64,000 bases of DNA from an uncultured archaeon (GTDB lineage: Archaea > Thermoproteota > Nitrososphaeria_A > Caldarchaeales > Wolframiiraptoraceae), in contig CALKCF010000006.1 in NCBI GenBank assembly GCA_938083505.1, forward strand, positions 1 through 64,000, in the 5' to 3' direction. A program made the position numbers and the translations under genes. The notes below the pieces were generated by a model. It had not been told where the DNA came from. It saw only the letters and a list, made by a program, of their open reading frames with translations, and did no database searches. Every line of letters starts with the position of its first letter. Position 1 is the first letter of the stretch. Positions 39,000-50,300 of this stretch are shown here, piece after piece.

Positions 39000-41014
39000 A
39001 GGGGCATAAGATGCTTTTAGCGGTAATATTATCAATAATGCTTGTAGTCACGCTCATGAGTCTGACGGGTGTACATTCAGAGAACATAATGGTTGTAGAA
39101 GCATTTTGGGGTGATTTGGGCAATAAGATCGAAGTTGACGCAGGTGACAAGAACGTACCATTGATTTTACAGATGGTTAATGCAAGAAGGGAACAAATCA
39201 TAGGTGTAAAAGGCTACATAGTTCTTCCTGAAGGGTTTGAGGATTCTTTGAAGAAATCCAGATACACCAGTGAAGCAGTCTATGCTGAACCCGTGCCAAG
39301 TGGACGGTCCTTTACGCTCCGCTACCTCGTCGATATATCTGAGAGGTTAAAACCCGGCCTTTACAAAGCATATGCAATCATATATTATAAATATTATGAC
39401 GAAGATGAGAAAGACCTTGTCAGCTCCTCATCGTATGTTTACTTTGATCTAAGAATCACCGGAAAGAGTTTAGCTTCGATCAAGACTGAGCATAGCTCCT
39501 TGATACCGGGTACGATAAATGAGGCTAAGATCGTAATATCTAATGACGGTACTGCATATATGTATAACGTAATGATTTCAGTAGGAGACCCGGACATAGC
39601 TGGTGTGACCTTAGTTGATACAAAACGTTCTTGGCAATTTAGTAGGATTCCATCCAATACCAATGTTGTGCTGCCCATACTACTACAAATAGAAAATTAT
39701 GCCGCAAACAAAGCATTACGTATGCCGGTAGACGTTACGTATCTAGACTCTTATGGGCAGCAAAAGAGGCTCCAACACAACGCTATGTTTCGCATAGGCA
39801 CACAAATAAGCGAGAGGATAAAAATTGAGGCAACATTTGACAATGATCTACTATCACCCACAACGGTAAACCAGTTAAAAATAACAATTCGGAATGAAGG
39901 GAGTGAGCCCGCGTACTCTTTGGAGGCTGAGCTAATACTTCCGCAAAGTGAGCCTGCGTTTCTCACATTTGTCGGAAAACCCGGCAGATGGAGCTTAAAA
40001 GAGCTGAAACCTGGAGAGGAATGTCCGCTAAATTTCGAGCTATTCGCCAGCCAGTTGGCTTCTGGTAAGTCATTCCAGCTTTCGTTGAAGTTATCCTATA
40101 GAGATATTTACAATAACTCATATGAGGAGACCAGAACAATAGGTGTGAGGGTTGCAGACCAACCACTTTCCAAAGCATTCAAAATAACATCGGGAGCTTA
40201 CTTAACGTCCGGTTCTATAAATAGTATGGAAATACTTGTGAAGAACTTAAAACCCTACGTGCTTAAGGACGTTTCGATAACGTTGGATTCCACAACTGGC
40301 TGGCTAACTCTACTGGAAGGTGCTAGAGAGTATTTCAAGGAGATACGTTCGGAGGAGGAAGTTGTGCTAAACATTCTTATATTTGTCTCAGAGCAGACCT
40401 TTGAAAGGTTATCCACTGTTGGGTACTCGGCTTACATAAACGTGAACGTCGAGTACATAGATTGGCAGGGCGTAACAAAAACGGAGAATTATAGATTGGG
40501 ATATTATATCAGAGGTATAATAGACTTAAAACTTCAAGACCTCAGCTTTGAGATCATAAATAGACAACCATACATCGTCGGAAGGTTGTTGAACGAAGGT
40601 AATGAGCCAGCATACTTTACGAGGGTTTCGTTGGTTGATATTAATGATGTGATGCGTCCGCTTAAGTCCATTTATATCGGAGATGTGAACCCAAATGCTC
40701 CGCTGATGTTCAATCTACCGATAGCCGTCGTAGGGAACATCACACCCGGAAGCTACACTTGTAAAATCTTAGTCGAATACAAAGATACGTTAAGGAACAA
40801 TTTATCGAAAATACTTGTACATAATATAATAATTACAAGTAATTGGCCGCAGCCCCAAGAAAAAACGAGCATTAGCTTATCCGATACCATTTGGTATACA
40901 GCCGCTATCTTAATTGGCATGGCCGTTGTTGCTTCTCTCATATCAGTGATTAAGATAAGGGGGAGAAGGGGACGAGAATCGTTGATACACTCTGGTACGC
41001 CTTCAGCGGCTTAA
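38996..41014 (+). CDS. Membrane-anchored COG1361/S-layer-domain-like protein with Ig-like repeats
   Basis: Signal peptide, repeated N.G...A...Y.D..G beta-sandwich units, C-terminal TM plus basic tail; lies inside the ABC operon. Confidence 0.75.
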   Translation: MKGHKMLLAVILSIMLVVTLMSLTGVHSENIMVVEAFWGDLGNKIEVDAGDKNVPLILQMVNARREQIIGVKGYIVLPEGFEDSLKKSRYTSEAVYAEPVPSGRSFTLRYLVDISERLKPGLYKAYAIIYYKYYDEDEKDLVSSSSYVYFDLRITGKSLASIKTEHSSLIPGTINEAKIVISNDGTAYMYNVMISVGDPDIAGVTLVDTKRSWQFSRIPSNTNVVLPILLQIENYAANKALRMPVDVTYLDSYGQQKRLQHNAMFRIGTQISERIKIEATFDNDLLSPTTVNQLKITIRNEGSEPAYSLEAELILPQSEPAFLTFVGKPGRWSLKELKPGEECPLNFELFASQLASGKSFQLSLKLSYRDIYNNSYEETRTIGVRVADQPLSKAFKITSGAYLTSGSINSMEILVKNLKPYVLKDVSITLDSTTGWLTLLEGAREYFKEIRSEEEVVLNILIFVSEQTFERLSTVGYSAYINVNVEYIDWQGVTKTENYRLGYYIRGIIDLKLQDLSFEIINRQPYIVGRLLNEGNEPAYFTRVSLVDINDVMRPLKSIYIGDVNPNAPLMFNLPIAVVGNITPGSYTCKILVEYKDTLRNNLSKILVHNIIITSNWPQPQEKTSISLSDTIWYTAAILIGMAVVASLISVIKIRGRRGRESLIHSGTPSAA

Positions 41015-42204
41015 GGACGCGTAAAATAAGGACTGTTCTTACTGTTATAGGCATAATGATAGGGACCGCGCTGATAATATCTCTTATATCGAATACTGAA
41101 GGATTGAATATTCTGATAGATGAGGCTCTCTCGAAGATAGGTGTCAACAACATATTTGTAACACCTTCTGGAACGGTATCAGCCCGAGCTAGCCCAAGAG
41201 AGACCTTAAAACTGACGGATGCTGACATTATCTTGCTCTCAAACTTGCCGGGTGTAAAGGCCGTTAGTCCATTCTATCTCTCCAAAGGTAAGCTAATAGG
41301 TGGCGGACTCGAGCAAACTGTCTCCATAATAGGCCTAGACCCGACCTTGACCTATCAGGTATTGCCCGATTTGGAAATTTATCAAGGTGAGGATCTCTCC
41401 CCTAACGATATGGCGATGATAGCCATAGGGTATAATGTTGCGTTTCCACCCGGAGAGGTAGGGAAGAGCATACCACCTTATAGCTCCGTAACGCTAGAAC
41501 TTACGGTTGATGGAAAACGCATTACTAGGTCTTACGTCGTTGGAGCAATCTATAAAAAATTTGGTTCAACACCTTACCTTGACGTTGATAAAAGCATAAT
41601 GATAACAATACCGCAAGCACGTAACATTTTTAAATCTACGAGTTACCCGAGCATAGTTGTGATTGCTGAATCTACAGAGTTCGTCGACCCTATCATTGAA
41701 ACTTTAAATAACATTTATGGAAAGGATGCGGACATCATCAGTCCTTTGACGATAGTAAGGCAGGTGAAGATAATACTCAATAACTTCACGATTTTCCTCT
41801 TGGTGGTGTCTAGCATAGCGTTAGTGGTTGCTGGCATAGGTATTATGAACACTATGTTCATGACAATCATGGAGAGGACGAAGGAAATAGGTATCCTCAG
41901 AGCTCTGGGCTTTTCTCAGAAGGACGTTGCAAAGATTTTCTTAACAGAATCGACACTGATAGGCATCATAGGAGGGCTGCTCGGTATAGTTTTAGGAAGC
42001 TTGTTGGCCATGTCACTTGGTGGGATGTTCTCGTCCTTTATAATTGGAATGAGCGGCAATCCGATAATATATCAGCCAAACATAACACCGAGTGTGTTGA
42101 TGAATAGCTTTTTATTCGCCGTCATCGTCGGTCTTCTATCGGGAATATATCCGGCCTTAAGAGCTGCAAGGCTCGATCCTGTACAAGCGCTTAGAACCGA
42201 ATAA
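40972..42204 (+). CDS. ABC transporter permease (MacB/FtsX family); N-terminus extends to ACG 40972
   Basis: In-frame upstream RIVDTLWYAFSGLRTRKIRTVLTVIGIMIG, GIMNTM...ERTKEIG, YPALRAARLDPVQAL. Confidence 0.88.
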   Translation, partial: TRIVDTLWYAFSGLRTRKIRTVLTVIGIMIGTALIISLISNTEGLNILIDEALSKIGVNNIFVTPSGTVSARASPRETLKLTDADIILLSNLPGVKAVSPFYLSKGKLIGGGLEQTVSIIGLDPTLTYQVLPDLEIYQGEDLSPNDMAMIAIGYNVAFPPGEVGKSIPPYSSVTLELTVDGKRITRSYVVGAIYKKFGSTPYLDVDKSIMITIPQARNIFKSTSYPSIVVIAESTEFVDPIIETLNNIYGKDADIISPLTIVRQVKIILNNFTIFLLVVSSIALVVAGIGIMNTMFMTIMERTKEIGILRALGFSQKDVAKIFLTESTLIGIIGGLLGIVLGSLLAMSLGGMFSSFIIGMSGNPIIYQPNITPSVLMNSFLFAVIVGLLSGIYPALRAARLDPVQALRTE

Positions 42205-42264
42205 AACTTCTGAGTAAGTTATGCATATAAGTTAATGTAAAACAAAAATATTTAGGAGTGAAGT

Positions 42265-43026
42265 ATGCACACGTTATTCATAACAGGAACTGCGGGGTCT
42301 GGTAAATCAACATTGACCTGGTCGCTCAATGAGTGGCTTCGTGATCAGGAGCAGTCAACAATAACGGTTAACCTAGACCCTGCGGCAACGGTCCTACCCT
42401 ACGAGCCTGACGTGGATGTAAGAGAAATCGTCGACTATGAAAGAATAATGGTGACGCGCAGACTTGGGCCAAATGCAGCCTTGATAGCATCTGTAAGAGA
42501 AATTGCCAGGCATATAGAGGAACTAAGGGAAGAAGTTAATTCCTTTAACGTTGATTACGTACTTGTTGATACACCGGGTCAGCTTGAACTTTTCGCATTC
42601 AGGAAAGAGGGGAAAATAATCGCTAAAAACCTTACCGACGGTTCTAAGGCAATGTTATTCCTCTTGGACCCAATGTTTTGCGTCAATCCGAAAAACTTCG
42701 CCGCAAGCATATTCCTCTCGGTCTCAATATACCTAAGCTTTGGCATACCTCTCATCATGGTATTATCAAAAATTGATGCAGTACCAAAGAAGTACATAAA
42801 CAGGATACTCAGATGGGCTGAGTCTGATGAGGCGTTCTTAATAGACCTAGAAAATAAACTTAAAGGAGCCCAAATGTTGCTTGCAAGGGATGTCGCAAGG
42901 GCTGTGTTGGATGTAAGTAGCTTTGCACCCATAATGCCTGTATCTGCCCTCAACATGAACGGACTTGTCGAGCTTCATAGTGTTCTCTCAAGGATATTCA
43001 GCGAAGGTGAGTTAGAGCTTAGGTAA
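42265..43026 (+). CDS. GPN-loop GTPase
   Basis: GTAGSGKST, NLDP, LGPNA, DTPGQLE. Confidence 0.92.
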   Translation: MHTLFITGTAGSGKSTLTWSLNEWLRDQEQSTITVNLDPAATVLPYEPDVDVREIVDYERIMVTRRLGPNAALIASVREIARHIEELREEVNSFNVDYVLVDTPGQLELFAFRKEGKIIAKNLTDGSKAMLFLLDPMFCVNPKNFAASIFLSVSIYLSFGIPLIMVLSKIDAVPKKYINRILRWAESDEAFLIDLENKLKGAQMLLARDVARAVLDVSSFAPIMPVSALNMNGLVELHSVLSRIFSEGELELR

Positions 43027-43143
43027 AAAGCGTTTTACGTTCATCAAATTCCGCAACGAGTGTTCTAAATATTTACATAAATGTAAAAAGGTGTAGAGAC
43101 TTATATAATACTAAAACTTTAAACTTTCAAAAAGGAGAGAGTA

Positions 43144-43983
43144 ATGACCTACAAAGATGCAGAAGTCGAGCAGCTTAAGGAAAAAATCAGGGAGCTTGGT
43201 GGTGTAATAAAGCAAATTGAAGTTGAGTTTAACGAAATCTCAAAAGAACTAGATTTTCTTCGTGAGCGGAAAGAAGAGGCAAAGCAGAAATTTCAAGAAA
43301 AGTTGAACGAAAAGAAGAAACTTTTGGAAGAGTATAAAAAACTGAAGTCCGACTTAAATACGTGCTATGTTTTAAAGGGCGACTTTATTAAGCAGTTAAA
43401 TTTCATCGAAAATTACACGAGATATCCAGAGAAGAACATTGGCATAGATGAAATAAAGGAGAGAATAAAAAACATAGAGTGGATAATACATACTTCGATA
43501 CTAAAACCTAGTGAGGAAAGAAGGCTTTTCTTTGAATCCAAAAAGTTGGAAGAAGTCATTGCACTAATTGAGAAACGAGAAAACCTCATCGCTTGCATTA
43601 ACGCTCAGAATGATAAAATTAGGTCGATAAAGGATGAGATTAATACGATCAAAACCATGTTGAAAGACATTAATGAAGAAATTAGCAGAATGAGAGATGA
43701 ATACGATAATTTAAAGAAAAAGTACGAGGAGAGGCGCAAAAATTACATGCAAATAAAGGAGAGGCTCAGTAAAGCAGAGGCTGAACGAATATTGCTTCAG
43801 TCCAGACTGACAGTGTTGATGGAGTGGATTAAGACGAGTATGGACGAGGTAGCGAGACAGAAAGAAGAAGAGTTTAAGAAGCGCGTTATTGTCGAGGTTA
43901 AGCAAAAGTTATCAAAGGGCAAGAGCGTAACATTCCAAGAATTAAAACTCCTGCTTGAGAATGATGAGGAGTTTAAACTTTAG
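43144..43983 (+). CDS. Archaeal coiled-coil protein (COG1340-like)
   Basis: Heptad-rich E/K sequence, IEW..HT..L....E, C-terminal KLSKGKSVTFQEL; context with DUF373 and uppS. Confidence 0.7.
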   Translation: MTYKDAEVEQLKEKIRELGGVIKQIEVEFNEISKELDFLRERKEEAKQKFQEKLNEKKKLLEEYKKLKSDLNTCYVLKGDFIKQLNFIENYTRYPEKNIGIDEIKERIKNIEWIIHTSILKPSEERRLFFESKKLEEVIALIEKRENLIACINAQNDKIRSIKDEINTIKTMLKDINEEISRMRDEYDNLKKKYEERRKNYMQIKERLSKAEAERILLQSRLTVLMEWIKTSMDEVARQKEEEFKKRVIVEVKQKLSKGKSVTFQELKLLLENDEEFKL

Positions 43984-44071
43984 AACGCGAAGGTCATAGT
44001 GACTTCTGATATTTTTAGAATGATTAACGTTATATTGGGCCAAATGGAAATATTTATAGCGGAAAAATGGC

Positions 44072-45253
44072 ATGGAGATTTTGGAAAAAAAGCAAGAGAG
44101 GTTCCTTATACTCGTAGTTGACAGAGATAATGATATTGGTAAGAAAACAGGCGTAAAAACCCCCATTATAGGAAAAGAGAACAATCTGGATGCTGCAAAA
44201 AACCTTGCATTGGCAGACCCAGAAGAGTCTGATGCAAACGCTATGTTTGGTGCCATTAAACTATACGAAGAATTAGTTAGCAAGCACGGAAAAGAGAATG
44301 TCGAGGTTGCAACAATAGCTGGTAGTGAAAAAGGCGGCTACTGGGCTGATGAAAAGATAAGGCACGAGTTAGATGAGGTTTTGAAAAGCGCTCCATCGTC
44401 AGCATGCATTCTCATTAGTGACGGTGTCGCTGATGAGTTCGTATTTCCAATCATTTCATCAAAATTGCCAATAGTTTCTGTTAAGAGAGTTATAGTTAAA
44501 CAAAGCGAGAGTATCGAACACACGTGGCTCCTCCTCGGAAGATACATAAAGATGGCGATATTTGACACTAAATATTCCAAGGTTTTTCTTGGAATACCAG
44601 GATTGTTGCTGATCTTCATAGGCATTCTTTATATTCTTGGTTTAATGAATCTACCAATACTTTTACTGATTATAGGTATAGCATTGTTAATTAGAGGTTT
44701 TGGAATTGATAACTCAATAGCAACAAGGTTTAGAATGTTGTCGAAGTTCATATCCTCGCACCCATTGGTACAACTAAGAATCTTTGGCGCAATCTCTTCG
44801 TTGATTATTCTCTTAGTAGGCATTTATTCAGGTTACATTGGCGTGTCCTTAGCACTGCCGAAAAATGTGCAATTACCATCACTTTCTGAGGACTTTTATT
44901 ATTGGTTAGGAATGTTTCCCATACTTGCGGGCCATTTCATACTTGGGGGCATAGATCTAGTTTTCATAGGTTTACTACTTGTAGTGCTTACGTACGGCAT
45001 CTATTACATAATTTTGAAGAACATTAAATTCTGGAGGACGGTGCAGGCAATAGTTACGCTGATATGGTTATGGGCACTCTTAAAAAGAGTTGGGATGGTA
45101 CTTTCGGACACCTCTTCTGCTACGGTGTTTAGCCCTCATGTAGGAATGTTACTCACGATAGGGCTTTTAGGCATACCAGCCCTAACAATAACGTTCATAG
45201 TTACAAGATACATGAGAAAGGTATACGCATCATACTTCAAGAAAACAAAGTGA
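44072..45253 (+). CDS. DUF373-family membrane protein
   Basis: LVVDRDNDIG.K, DPEESDAN, SDG..DE, VKQSESIE, then TM segments. Confidence 0.85.
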   Translation: MEILEKKQERFLILVVDRDNDIGKKTGVKTPIIGKENNLDAAKNLALADPEESDANAMFGAIKLYEELVSKHGKENVEVATIAGSEKGGYWADEKIRHELDEVLKSAPSSACILISDGVADEFVFPIISSKLPIVSVKRVIVKQSESIEHTWLLLGRYIKMAIFDTKYSKVFLGIPGLLLIFIGILYILGLMNLPILLLIIGIALLIRGFGIDNSIATRFRMLSKFISSHPLVQLRIFGAISSLIILLVGIYSGYIGVSLALPKNVQLPSLSEDFYYWLGMFPILAGHFILGGIDLVFIGLLLVVLTYGIYYIILKNIKFWRTVQAIVTLIWLWALLKRVGMVLSDTSSATVFSPHVGMLLTIGLLGIPALTITFIVTRYMRKVYASYFKKTK

Positions 45254-46041
45254 GGAGCATGTTTCAGAAATTACTGAGTTTATTTGGTGCATACTGGCTG
45301 TATGAAAGGTGGTTGATGAGCACTGTTAAAAACGGCCCCATGCCAAAACATGTAGCATTAATCTTGGACGGAAATAGACGTTGGGCTAAGAATAAAGGAT
45401 TAAATCATAGTTTTGGGCACAAAGTTGGAGCAGATGTTGCAGAGAAAGTTCTTGATTGGTGCCTAGAGTTAAAAATCCAGACAATAACACTTTACGTTCT
45501 TTCTACGGAAAATCTGAAAAGAGATTCAGGGGAGTTATCAGAAATATTCAGGCTGATAAAGGAACGTGCGGAGAGACTCGTAAATGACCCGAGGATACAT
45601 AATAATCGTGTAAAGGTTACGATAATCGGTAGAAAACATCTCCTACCTGATGATGTCAGGAGAGCCCTTGAGAAATTAGAAAGCATAACCAAAGACTACA
45701 ACAATCATTTCTTAAATATAGCTGTGGCTTATGGCGGAAGGGCAGAAATAGTTGACGCCACAAAGAAGATAGCTTTCATGGTAAAGGAAGGAAGCCTTTC
45801 CGTTGACGATATAGATGAAAAAGTTATCGAATCAAATTTGTACACATCTAGCATACCGAACTCCGATCCCGACCTTATAATCAGGACATCTGGTGAGGAA
45901 AGGATAAGCAACTTTCTTTTGTGGCAATCTGCATATAGCGAGTTCGTTTTTTTGGACATATTCTGGCCAGAATTCAGAAAGATAGATCTGCTACGAACGC
46001 TCAGAACATATCAGCGACGTACTCGTAGATTTGGAGTTTAG
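45250..46041 (+). CDS. uppS: cis-prenyltransferase (polyprenyl diphosphate synthase)
   Basis: HVALILDGNRRWA, STEN, YGGR, IRTSGEERISNFLLWQ. Confidence 0.95.
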   Translation: MRSMFQKLLSLFGAYWLYERWLMSTVKNGPMPKHVALILDGNRRWAKNKGLNHSFGHKVGADVAEKVLDWCLELKIQTITLYVLSTENLKRDSGELSEIFRLIKERAERLVNDPRIHNNRVKVTIIGRKHLLPDDVRRALEKLESITKDYNNHFLNIAVAYGGRAEIVDATKKIAFMVKEGSLSVDDIDEKVIESNLYTSSIPNSDPDLIIRTSGEERISNFLLWQSAYSEFVFLDIFWPEFRKIDLLRTLRTYQRRTRRFGV

Positions 46042-47105
46042 TATGTATAAGGATCGAACGGTGCCTTAGATAGCCGTACAGCACCATCCTTCCTAATTAG
46101 CAAAGTGTCTTCAAGCCTTATACCATACTGTCCTGGAATGTACACACCAGGCTCGCATGTCACGACCATGTTTTCAGCAAGCAAGTCTTTGCTATTGGGT
46201 GATATTCTTGGTGGTTCATGAACACTTAATCCTACACCATGCCCCAAGCTGTGGATAAAAAATTCAGCAAATCCAGCATTTTCTATGAATTGTCTCGCAA
46301 CCCTATCGATGAACGAGGCAGATACCCATGCCATCATGTGCTCTTCGGCTAAATTTTTGGCCTCTTCGACCACTTTGTAAACCTTCTCAATTTTGTCCTC
46401 TACCTTATCACCTACAAAAAACGTTCTTGTTACGTCTGCTGAATACTCGTTTACCGATGCGCCAAGATCTATTATAACAACGTCGCCAGCTTGAAGTTGC
46501 CTGTTGCTCGGACCGCCATGGGGTAAAGACGATTTCGTACCAGAGGCCACTATTATGTTAAACGCGAGCCTGTCTGCACCACATCTAAGCAACTCTTCAG
46601 TTAATTCTGCCTTAACGTCCTGCTCAGTAACGCCCGGTGATAGTAAATCCGAGGCAACATCCATGCCCACATCAGATATTGCCGCCGCTTTCATTATATT
46701 CTCCAACTCCTTTTCGTCTTTTATGGACCTCAACTTCCAAACAAGTTCAGAAGATGGTGTTAAATGCAGAAACCTCAGTTTTGATGAGATTTTCAAAAAG
46801 GATTCAGCATCCATGTAATCGAATCCGACGTCACCAACAAGTTTACTCAATTCTTCCACGAGTTCATCTTTGAACATATCATGGGTCTTTGTTTTAATTA
46901 TATCAACGCCCTCTATAGTATGCTGAACGGCCGACTCATAGTAGAGGGGCAATGTATAAAGCTTGACAGTGCCGTCAGACGTTATTACGGCCGCGCCATC
47001 GCCCTTAAAACCTGTGAAGTAGTAAAGATTTTCAGGTAACATCAACAAATATGCACTGAAGGCCCTCTCTTCCATCAGATCCAATAGGCGTTTTATTCTC
47101 TCCAT
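46038..47105 (-). CDS. Xaa-Pro peptidase (M24 family)
   Basis: PHG, DLGA...ADVTRT, HSLGHGVGL.VHE, EPG.Y, RLED. Confidence 0.92.
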   Translation of the reverse strand: MERIKRLLDLMEERAFSAYLLMLPENLYYFTGFKGDGAAVITSDGTVKLYTLPLYYESAVQHTIEGVDIIKTKTHDMFKDELVEELSKLVGDVGFDYMDAESFLKISSKLRFLHLTPSSELVWKLRSIKDEKELENIMKAAAISDVGMDVASDLLSPGVTEQDVKAELTEELLRCGADRLAFNIIVASGTKSSLPHGGPSNRQLQAGDVVIIDLGASVNEYSADVTRTFFVGDKVEDKIEKVYKVVEEAKNLAEEHMMAWVSASFIDRVARQFIENAGFAEFFIHSLGHGVGLSVHEPPRISPNSKDLLAENMVVTCEPGVYIPGQYGIRLEDTLLIRKDGAVRLSKAPFDPYTY

Positions 47106-47314
47106 CTATACATCAGCTACCTTTTGACCTAAGCCGAAAAGGCAAGGTGACTAATATAACTTTTAAAAGTCCTCAGAATATGCTTAAGGGAGGAAGCGTA
47201 TTATTTTAGTAAGACGCGATTGTGGTACTGCGATATGCAGCACTTCCTTCCGACGGTATAAACAAATATTACCCCTCTACTTAAGAAGGCTGAAGAAGCT
47301 GCAGGGCATGTGGG

Positions 47315-50300
47315 ATGGTTTACATTAAAAAATTATCGCTCCATGGCTTTAAGTCTTTTGGTCAAAGAAAGGTTACGTTTGAGCTACTTAAGGGTCTGAT
47401 CGTAATCACCGGCCCAAACGGTGGTGGTAAATCTAACGTACTTGATGCTATCAGGTTTGTAATGGGTGAGCTGAGCCCACATGCTTTAAGGGTGGGCAGA
47501 CTCTCCGAGCTAGTTCATGATGATGGCAAAGGAAGAGCAGCATACGCTAGAGTGTCAATAACTTTGGACAACTCAGAAAAAGCGCTACCTATAGAAGCGG
47601 ATGAGGTTACGATAACTAGGAAGATCTACCAAAACGGTGAGAGCGAATATTACATAAATGGAAGGTCAGCATCAAGAGGAGAGCTGCTCATGTTACTTTC
47701 GGCCGCTAACATAAGATCTTCAGGCTACAACATATTACCCCAGGGTGCGATATTGAATATAGCTGAAATGAATCCCGATGATATGCGTAAGTTGATAGAA
47801 GATGTCGCGGGGATAGCAGAATATAATAGGAAAAAAGCTGAGGCTGAAGAGCAGCTTGCGCAAGCCGATAAGAACTTGGAGGTTGCTAAGGCCAGCACGA
47901 GCGAGGTTAGAGCCAGGGTTAAGCAACTCGAGAGGGAGAGGAACCAGTATCTTAGGAGGAGGAACGTAGAGGCGGAAATTGCTAAGCTCAAAACGCTTCA
48001 GTATAAACTGGAGATGGAAAAAATCTCTGAAGCTCTTAGGATGATGCAATCAAAAATCGCCAGTATAGCCGAGCAAGCTCATGCATTGGAAGAGATGAAA
48101 CAGAAAGTATCCGCAAAACTTGCTGAGTTTAACTCTAACTTACGGATAACAGAAAATGAGATGTCCGAAATAGAACGAAGATTGTCAGAATTCGTAAAAG
48201 CACGACAAGAAACGTTTGAGAAAATTGTGAAGTTAAGGCTCGATATAAAGGATTCAAAGAATCGTGTGGAAATTTTGGAGAAAGAATCCGCGCATTTGCA
48301 ACAAAAGATTGTAGAGCTTGAATCCGCGACATCACTTTCCGAACAAGAGCTTAACGAGCTCGAGTTAAAGATCGCCAAGTGTTTAAGTGATAAGAAACAG
48401 TTGGAGGAGGAAGTCACAAAAATGTCTGATGAAGTAGATAGACTGAGAAGCGCTGCCAAGGAGCTTGAGAGGAAGCTAGAAGAGGTCAAGTTCTTAAAGA
48501 TTAAGGAGGAAAGAGCACGCTCTGAAGTATATTTAAAGTTAGAGAACATAAAGAACATTAAAGAGCAAATGGTGAGGGAAAAGGAAGAAGTATATGAGGA
48601 GATAATAACAACTAAGAACAAAATTGCCGACATCGATGAAAAAATTGAAAAGCTGCTATCCGAGGTGCGCAACACAGAAGATACAGTGTCAAAGCTTAAT
48701 CAAGAGTTAAGCAAGCATACACTCTTAATCGGACGTTACTCTGATATGTTAACACGTGCAGACGTTATCATTAACAAGGCTGAGGCGTTCATAACAGAGC
48801 TAAAGATACGATTAGCTTCCAAACCTGAAGACGAAGAATCGAAAAAGTTTGAAGAATTTGTTAGAATACTGGCTGATAAATTCGTTGACGGCGTTATCGG
48901 AACTTTAGGTAGCATCGTCAAATCCTTGCCAGAATACAACGAAAAGCTTGACATGATTATCGATGAGTGGACAGATGCCATCGTGACAGAGAATTATGCC
49001 GTGACTCGGTTTTTATCCGAAATGTTTACATCCCTAAATTTTAAGGGCAAGTTGTTAACATTAAATGGCAACACAGCCGAAACTGGTAGTGATAATTTAG
49101 GAAAATTTCAAGCATGGGTTAGGGAACATATAGAATTTGTTAACGATTTTGAGGTAGCGTACAAGAAGACAGTAAACGGTAAGATTGTTGTTCTGGATAA
49201 AGGAATGGTTTGTTATCCTGGTGGTTTCGTTAAAGTCGTTGGGAGCGAGAAGAATAGGACAAACACTTTACGTGCCGAGCTGGAAGATCTAGAATCTTAT
49301 ATTAAAACGGTAAAACTTAAACTGAATGAAGTGAGGTTAAAGCGTGATGAGCTTACAAAAAAGGTGGAATCGATTAGAAATGAAATTCAAAGACAACAAA
49401 CAAAGCTTTCTTCTCTGGATGCTGAGATTAAATCGCTTAATGCTGAGCGCAAATTATTGGAAAAATCCCTTTCACAATTAATGGCTAAGGAGAAGAGAAT
49501 AAATGAACGGATTGATGCCCTCATCAAAGAAGAGGAGAATGTCAAGAAAAGACTGTCAGAGATTGTTAACGTTAAGCCTGCTGAGGATGAACTAAGACTA
49601 AAGATGGAGAAAGATTTTGATTTGATTTCATCAAAACTAAAACTCCTCGAATCGAAGTATACAGAATTGAAGGTACAGTTAGCCGAGAAGTCTACGACCC
49701 TTAAAAGTTTGGAAGAATTAAAAAGAAAATTACTAAATTCGATAGCTAGGTATAAGTTGGAGATGGAATCGCTCACTCGTTCATTGGAGACGAATAAACT
49801 GAAGGTAGATGAGGAGGAAAAACTAAGAATCGAGCTCGAATCTAGGTTAAATTCATTAGAGGATGAGCTTCGTAGGTTAGACCAAGAAATTGAGAGCCTA
49901 TCGGCAAAGCATAAGGATATGATTAAGATTAGGGATGAAATGAGACAAATGGTATCCATACAAACTGAGGAAGAAAGCAAGATATCTGAAAGATTAAAGG
50001 CATTATGGTCGGAGCAGCAAGAAGCAAAGCTTGAAAGCGTGAAGATAGAATCCCAGCTTCAAATGATAATGGAAAAATTGTCCGAGTTGGGCGATGTGGA
50101 TGTGACAGAGCTATTGGCACTCGAGCCTATGCTCAGAGAACAGATACTCATGAGCTTGGAGGCTGAAAGGGATGAGCTCTCCTCTGTGAACCAGCTGGCT
50201 CCGGAGCAATATGAGGCATTAATTGGAAACTATAAACTCAGGTCCGTTAGAATAAGCGAGTTGGAGTTGGAAAGACAGGAGATAATCAACTTTATAAAGA

